Origin: Eledone cirrhosa | Lineage: Eukaryota | Assembly (NCBI GenBank): GCA_964016885.1 | Contig: OZ024743.1 | Coordinates: forward strand, 312,728,001-312,792,000 | Length of the DNA stretch: 64,000 nt | Direction: 5' to 3' | In this document: positions 58,376 through 64,000 of the stretch, piece by piece | Position numbering within the stretch: position 1 is the stretch's first letter | Layout of the letters: the number at the start of each line of letters is the position of its first letter | The notes under the pieces: generated by a model | What the model was told of the DNA's origin: nothing | What the model saw: only the letters and a program-made list of their open reading frames with translations | The model's database searches: none | Program-made: the position numbers and the translations under genes

Positions 58376-58590
58376 TTGGTTTCTGATTTAGGCACAAGAC
58401 CAACAATTTGTGGGGAGAGGAAAGTCAACTAAATATCAACTCCAGTGTGTGACTGGTACTTTATTTTATCGACCCTGTAAGGATGAAAGGCAAGGCCAAC
58501 CTCGGCGAGATTTGAACTCAGAACGTAAAGGGTCGTAACTCTATGCCACGAAGCAGGGTGTTCGACGCTCTACCGATACTGCCAATCCAT
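58376..58590 (-). mobile_element. SINE family S1, well-preserved copy
   Basis: Full tail-to-head match to the S1 consensus, with CpGs retained. Confidence 0.8.
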
Positions 58591-58789
58591 GTTCACATTG
58601 ATTAAATCACAGTTTGCAATTAAAATAATGATTATTGATCAAATTTTCTGTCTTTTAAATACAAAGTATTAATCAATTGATTGCAAGGAAGGATAAATAA
58701 AAACCAAATTCCAAATGAAGTGAGCATTAAGCTACAGAGTAAACTAGTGCCTTTCTAGCCATTTCTGAATATATTCTGCATTGTTCTAC

Positions 58790-59121
58790 CTTGGCATGAT
58801 CTTCATAAATTGTCTGATTACTACTGGACAAACCAGTCTCAATACCGGAATCTTTTATTAGCGTTGGTTCAGAGCTTCCACTCTCAGTATCCTCAGTGCT
58901 CTGACTTTCCCCAAGTAAACCAATATGACATTTTAACTTTGGCTGCTGCTGCATGGCAAGAGGCTTAGAATTGGTACAGCAGACAGTAACGCTGCTGATA
59001 GTCGGTGCATGAGATACACTTGCAGGAGGCCAACTACTGCCACTATAGGACTCACTTGTAGATACACGACTATCATATTGAACTCCCAATGTAGTAGCAG
59101 TAGCAACACTTTCTGGTTCCC
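58790..59121 (-). CDS. RIMS: RIM homologue, pre-PDZ exon B (332 nt, phase 1->0): EPESVATATT...SEPTLIKDSGIETGLSSSNQTIYEDHAK
   Basis: Acceptor tttgtttgtattttag|GG and donor AAG|gtagaa. The C-terminal SEPTLIKDSGIETGLSSSNQTIYEDHAK resembles the vertebrate RIMS2 segment (SEPQIKDSGVDTCSSTTLNEEH, recalled from memory) that directly precedes HPVTWQ. Confidence 0.8.
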
Positions 59122-59736
59122 CTAAAATACAAACAAAAAACAAAACAAGGACTAACAAAAGATTTAAAGCAGATACAAGCTGAACAGATGGCTACATGGC
59201 ATCCTGGATGTATCATACGACTGCCATGTTCTTTGACCATCTTGGCTGCAAATGGCTGCCATGCTCATTCAATTTAATTATGCTCTGCCAACAAGTTTGT
59301 GACCAGTAGAATAAGGTTTTTTATCAATTATTTCTTACTAAATGCAAAATGCAGCATTTCTGAAATCAACAAAAATAAATAATACTATATAAGGCTGTTT
59401 TATTGGTTGTCATTAGATAATAAATCAAAATCATCTCGTAACTGAAAGATCAAACTTGATAGAAGAGACAGATTTTTCAAAGATAAAAAAAAAAATTGTC
59501 TTTTTTTGGTCTATATCATCATCATCACTTCATGTCTGTTTCTCATGCTGGCATGAATTAGGTGGGTTGTCAAAGACTGAGTCAAACCTTTTTTGGGAGA
59601 GTTACTGCCTCCCTGAATGGTCAGAGGAATATGTCTCACTCAGTACATTCTGTTTTTGCATGGTTTCTACAGCTAGATGCCTTTCTTAACACCGACCACT
59701 TTACAGAATATACAGGATACATATTATTATGGTCTC

Positions 59737-59990
59737 AGGTGCATGGCCTAGTGGTAAGGGTGTTGGACTTACTATCATAATGTCGTAGATTTGATTCCTG
59801 GACTGGGTTATGTGTTGTGTTCTTGAGAAAGACACTTCATTTCATGTTGCTCTAGTACACTCAGCTGAAAACGAGTACCAGCAATAACTGGGGGCTTAAC
59901 CCTGCAATGGACTAGTGCCCCACCCAAGAGGGTGTTATTTACTCTGTCACTTAAAGCCATGGAAACTGGGATAAGCCTCTGGGCTCAATA
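59737..59990 (+). mobile_element. tRNA-derived SINE, older S2-related subfamily with another tail (similar copies at about 520-700 (-), 26460-26685, 61940-62185)
   Basis: tggcctagtggtaagggtgttgg head, ttcttgagaaagacacttcatttc core, gaaactgggataagc tail. Confidence 0.65.
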
Positions 59991-60529
59991 CAGACTTTAG
60001 ACCAGTACAAGAAAATCTGTCATGTCCTTGATATAACTGAAAAGTCTTCTCATAGCTTTGTTTAATATGATTTCTATAGTTGGACACCTTTCCTAATGCC
60101 AACCACTTTACAGGATATACTGAGTACATTCTATCACTGCACTAGCACAAGAGAGATTGTTATATCTTCAATATGAGTGGTAAGAAACTCCCAGGAGAGT
60201 TAGCCAGCAGAAGGTCTTCAGAGATGAGACCCTTCTCAATCAAGTGTTTCGGCCCTTATATATTTATCTTAATTTTAGAGTACTTATTTTTTATGTACTC
60301 TTCCAACAGTTTTGGAGGGTGAACTTAAGCATGAAATACCTGGCCCTCAAATCACAGTATAGCTTGCCAGCTATGATATAATATATATATATATCATCAT
60401 CATTTTTACATCTGCTCTTCATTATTGCATGGGTTGGGTTTGTAGTCACATAAACCAAACTCACAACCTTACGATCATGAGCCCAACACCCTAACCACTA
60501 TGCCATGTGCCTACATATATATGCATTTT

Positions 60530-60970
60530 TTTCTTCACCCACCTATTCCTGAGGGAGGAGTCCTCAAACACTCCTTACAGCAGGTCCTGTCAGAAGCAAC
60601 CATCTCCAACTGATCGGGCTTGATCCCCAATTGTGACCAACCAAGCTCATGGATGTTATCCAACCATCTTGCTTGGGGTCTACCCTGGGTCCTGCTGGTT
60701 AGTCTTGCCCATAAAATCTGTCTAGCAATTCTTTCCTGAGACATTCTAACCACATGGCCATTGTATTGAAGCTATGGTCTCTCAATTCAGAGAAGTTGCG
60801 GTTCTACCTGGAGTGACTCTCTGATCTCTGATCTACACACTCTATTGAGTAATGATACTCCAAAGACTCCTCAAAGGAACACCATTTTGGCCGCTTGTAT
60901 TCGCGATTGTATTCTTTTGGTCATTACCTAAGATTCATGACCATAGTTAAGGGTTGGCATGAATATCCCA
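60530..60970 (-). mobile_element. RTE-like LINE 3' fragment (family of 48390-49230)
   Basis: HVVRMSQERIARQILWA..GRPQARWLD motif; reverse complement of 51600-52040. Confidence 0.75.
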
Positions 60971-61431
60971 TGCAAGCATGGAGTAACGAATGTATGATGA
61001 GGATATATATATAGAGAGAGAGGAAGTCAGAGATTTCACTAATATATTAAACCAATGAAATGACTGCAGTGTAAAAAAAAACAGGAGAAAACAAAGAAAC
61101 ATGAGCAAAACTACATTCAGCCTTTTTTTTTTAAATGAACCAAAAGGAAGACAAGGGGAAACAATTATCTTTTTTTTTTTTGTTTATTTATCTTTTGTTT
61201 TCTTCTTATGAAAATAAAAAAATATTATCATTGAATATATAATAATGATATTATTGTAATTTCATTAAATTTTATGTTCAGCTACTGGTCATAAAACTTG
61301 TCATCTACTCCTGTGCAAAACCATCAAAAACTGACATACTACATTAAAAATCACAAAGAAAATATATTTTTTTTATAGTTTGATTCGTTTGCAACAGCCA
61401 GTAGGTGGCAGTGTGCATGCACATAACTCAC

Positions 61432-61511
61432 CGATAGAAATTTTTTGATCTTAGCAGCTAGTATCTCATCCTTTTTCCAGCGATCATCAGAAGTCAAGGC
61501 TTCAAAATCTC
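61432..61511 (-). CDS. RIMS: RIM (RIMS/unc-10) homologue, pre-PDZ exon A (80 nt, phase 1->0): DFEALTSDDRWKKDEILAAKIKKFLS
   Basis: Minus-strand acceptor tttccattgttaccag|GA and donor TCG|gtgagt; open frame; joins in frame to the HPVTWQ exon; non-repetitive coding-like composition. Confidence 0.75.
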
Positions 61512-61590
61512 CTGGTAACAATGGAAACATCATTTATATTACATCAACATTAACAAGTGATTAATGAACCAAACATGCAGTGAGGCTGGT

Positions 61591-61665
61591 GAAGAAGAAG
61601 AAGAAGAAGAAGAAGAAGAAGAAGAAGAAGAAGAAGAAGAAGAAGAAGAAGAAGAAGAAGAAGAA
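61591..61665. repeat. (GAA)n microsatellite, about 25 units
   Basis: Direct inspection. Confidence 0.97.
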
Positions 61666-63335
61666 ACAACAGATAATTGAAAAATAAAACTGGTTTCATA
61701 CAAAATTTACATATTAATAATATTTGAAGATTGTTAATTTCTGACAATGCACTATGTATATCCAGTTTAAAATAGGTAGGCCATACCCTGTGTGTCATAA
61801 GAGGGACTAAAGGGTTTGGCACCAGGGAAGCTTATCATGGGGCCTGCATGGCTAACCCCTACTTTAATATAGGAAATGAGCTTAAAAAGCTTGTGTTATT
61901 AATTTGTGATAATAGAAATAGTGTTTTTCAAATAGATTGTGACAGCCTTGTGGTTACTGTGGTAGGCTTACAATTGTAAGGTTGTAGGTTTGATTCTCGG
62001 ATCAGACAGTGAGTTGAGTCTTCATGTCGTATTGCTCCCCCGTACTCAGCTGAAGAAAAACAAAGACTACCAGCAACAGCAGCTGGGAATTAACACAGCA
62101 ATGAACTGATATTACCACTGCACTTTCAGTTACTTAACATCATCAGGATAGATTCCAGGCTGATGAGCCTTTAAAATTGAGAGAGGCTTTACTTTAACTT
62201 TAGTCTATAAAAGGGCATTACTTTTTTAATTTCTGTTATGTCAAGCAGACAATTATGCCTGGAAGATATTTGATTTCTAAAATGAGACAAGGGAAAATGT
62301 ATCAATCTAATACCGCTTCCTTTCACCTAGTTATCTTCAGATATTATTAAAGTTTGTAGAAACCAGGACAAAGAGTTAAGTTGAGTGATAAGACACGCTC
62401 TGAAACATGATGACCACAATCTGGTGCTCTGCTTCTCATCTACCATTTAAGTTGACAGAAAATTAATATAATTACATTAACCCTTTTGTGACCACATTTT
62501 TAATAAAATACACTGTATTTAAATTAATTAATGAATTTGGAGGACTTTACAAAGATTATGCTTGTAACTTAAAGATTCTTATATCACAAAATATGTTGGA
62601 AAACTTATATTTAAATAGGAAACTTTTAAAATGGGTGGTTTTGTTTCATAGAATCAGGTAGTTTTAACAAGGTTGTAATCAAAAAGGTTAAAAGACCATT
62701 AAAAATATTTTCCTTAAAACATTAACAAAATAAGTTATTTCAAATATACACATTCTTTACAGGATTAATATTAATTCTAATTTAAATGAATATATTCTAT
62801 AAAAGTACGTTATACTACCTGAAAAACAAAACTACTTTGTGACCAGTAAAGGATTTTAAGGTTGAATTTCAGTTCCTTGCTGTATCAATATATCACAACT
62901 TCACTATTCTTGAAACATTATTGCCTAATGTTTCATTAACCCTTACAGAATCATAATTTTTCTATTATGTGGTAATTGTCAGTCAAGCTAATAAACACAC
63001 ATGGCAAAAGGGTATACCTATCAAATGTTGGTCTGAAATCCCATATAAGGTCACACAATATAAGCCAATTTACATATGAATTGAATACAAACTTTATATG
63101 TCAGGTCTGTCACTTAAGGAACATTATAAAATCTACAGAGATGGGGATGGTTCAGGGAAGAACACTTTACCATCAATAGCCTCTAGATTTGATTCCAAAA
63201 TTTGTCAGAAAGACTTTTGCTCAATGTCTGGACTTAAAAAACCATTTACGAGCTGATGGTAGTAAATTTTCTACTTAGAAATATATAAAAATTACACATT
63301 CAAGATAAGTCTTACTTGTTCCTTGAATGACAACA

Positions 63336-63964
<629 letters not shown>

Positions 63965-64000
63965 GGAGGTATATGGCTTAGTGGTTAGAGCATTGGCCTT

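Noticed and set aside
58727-59158. ORF 58727-59158 as a standalone secreted protein with a hydrophobic N-terminus
   Set aside because: The apparent signal peptide is the translated polypyrimidine tract; splice sites delimit an internal RIM exon.
62155-62195. ggctgatgagcc as a hammerhead
   Set aside because: Part of a SINE tail; no downstream GAAA core.
62810-62835. Minus-strand tttgtttttcag|gtagta as a ratchet point or exon start
   Set aside because: The donor part is weak and no convincing exon follows.

Overview
Very AT-rich, microsatellite-saturated animal genomic DNA. The SINE, RTE-LINE and MITE content is most consistent with a coleoid cephalopod such as Octopus (inference). Almost all ORFs in the supplied track are translations of (TA)n/(CA)n/(TACA)n arrays and are not genes. 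The only host gene I can support is a minus-strand RIM (Rab3-interacting molecule, RIMS/unc-10) homologue with three exons: 61432-61511, 58790-59121 and the first PDZ exon 50245-50356. The first two have identical phases (1->0) and look mutually exclusive. Everything left of 50245 appears to be one intron of more than 50 kb. It contains decayed LINEs (R4/Dong-like, RTE, CRE-like), tRNA-derived SINEs, TTAA-flanked piggyBac-type MITEs, a DD37D maT transposon remnant and a 2.4 kb 29/43-bp minisatellite. The most notable hidden signal is a dispersed set of short, non-coding, inverted-repeat cassettes in (TA)n arrays that carry type I hammerhead ribozyme cores. Several cores are near-intact and some are sense to the RIM pre-mRNA; they resemble Penelope-like element or retrozyme remnants.
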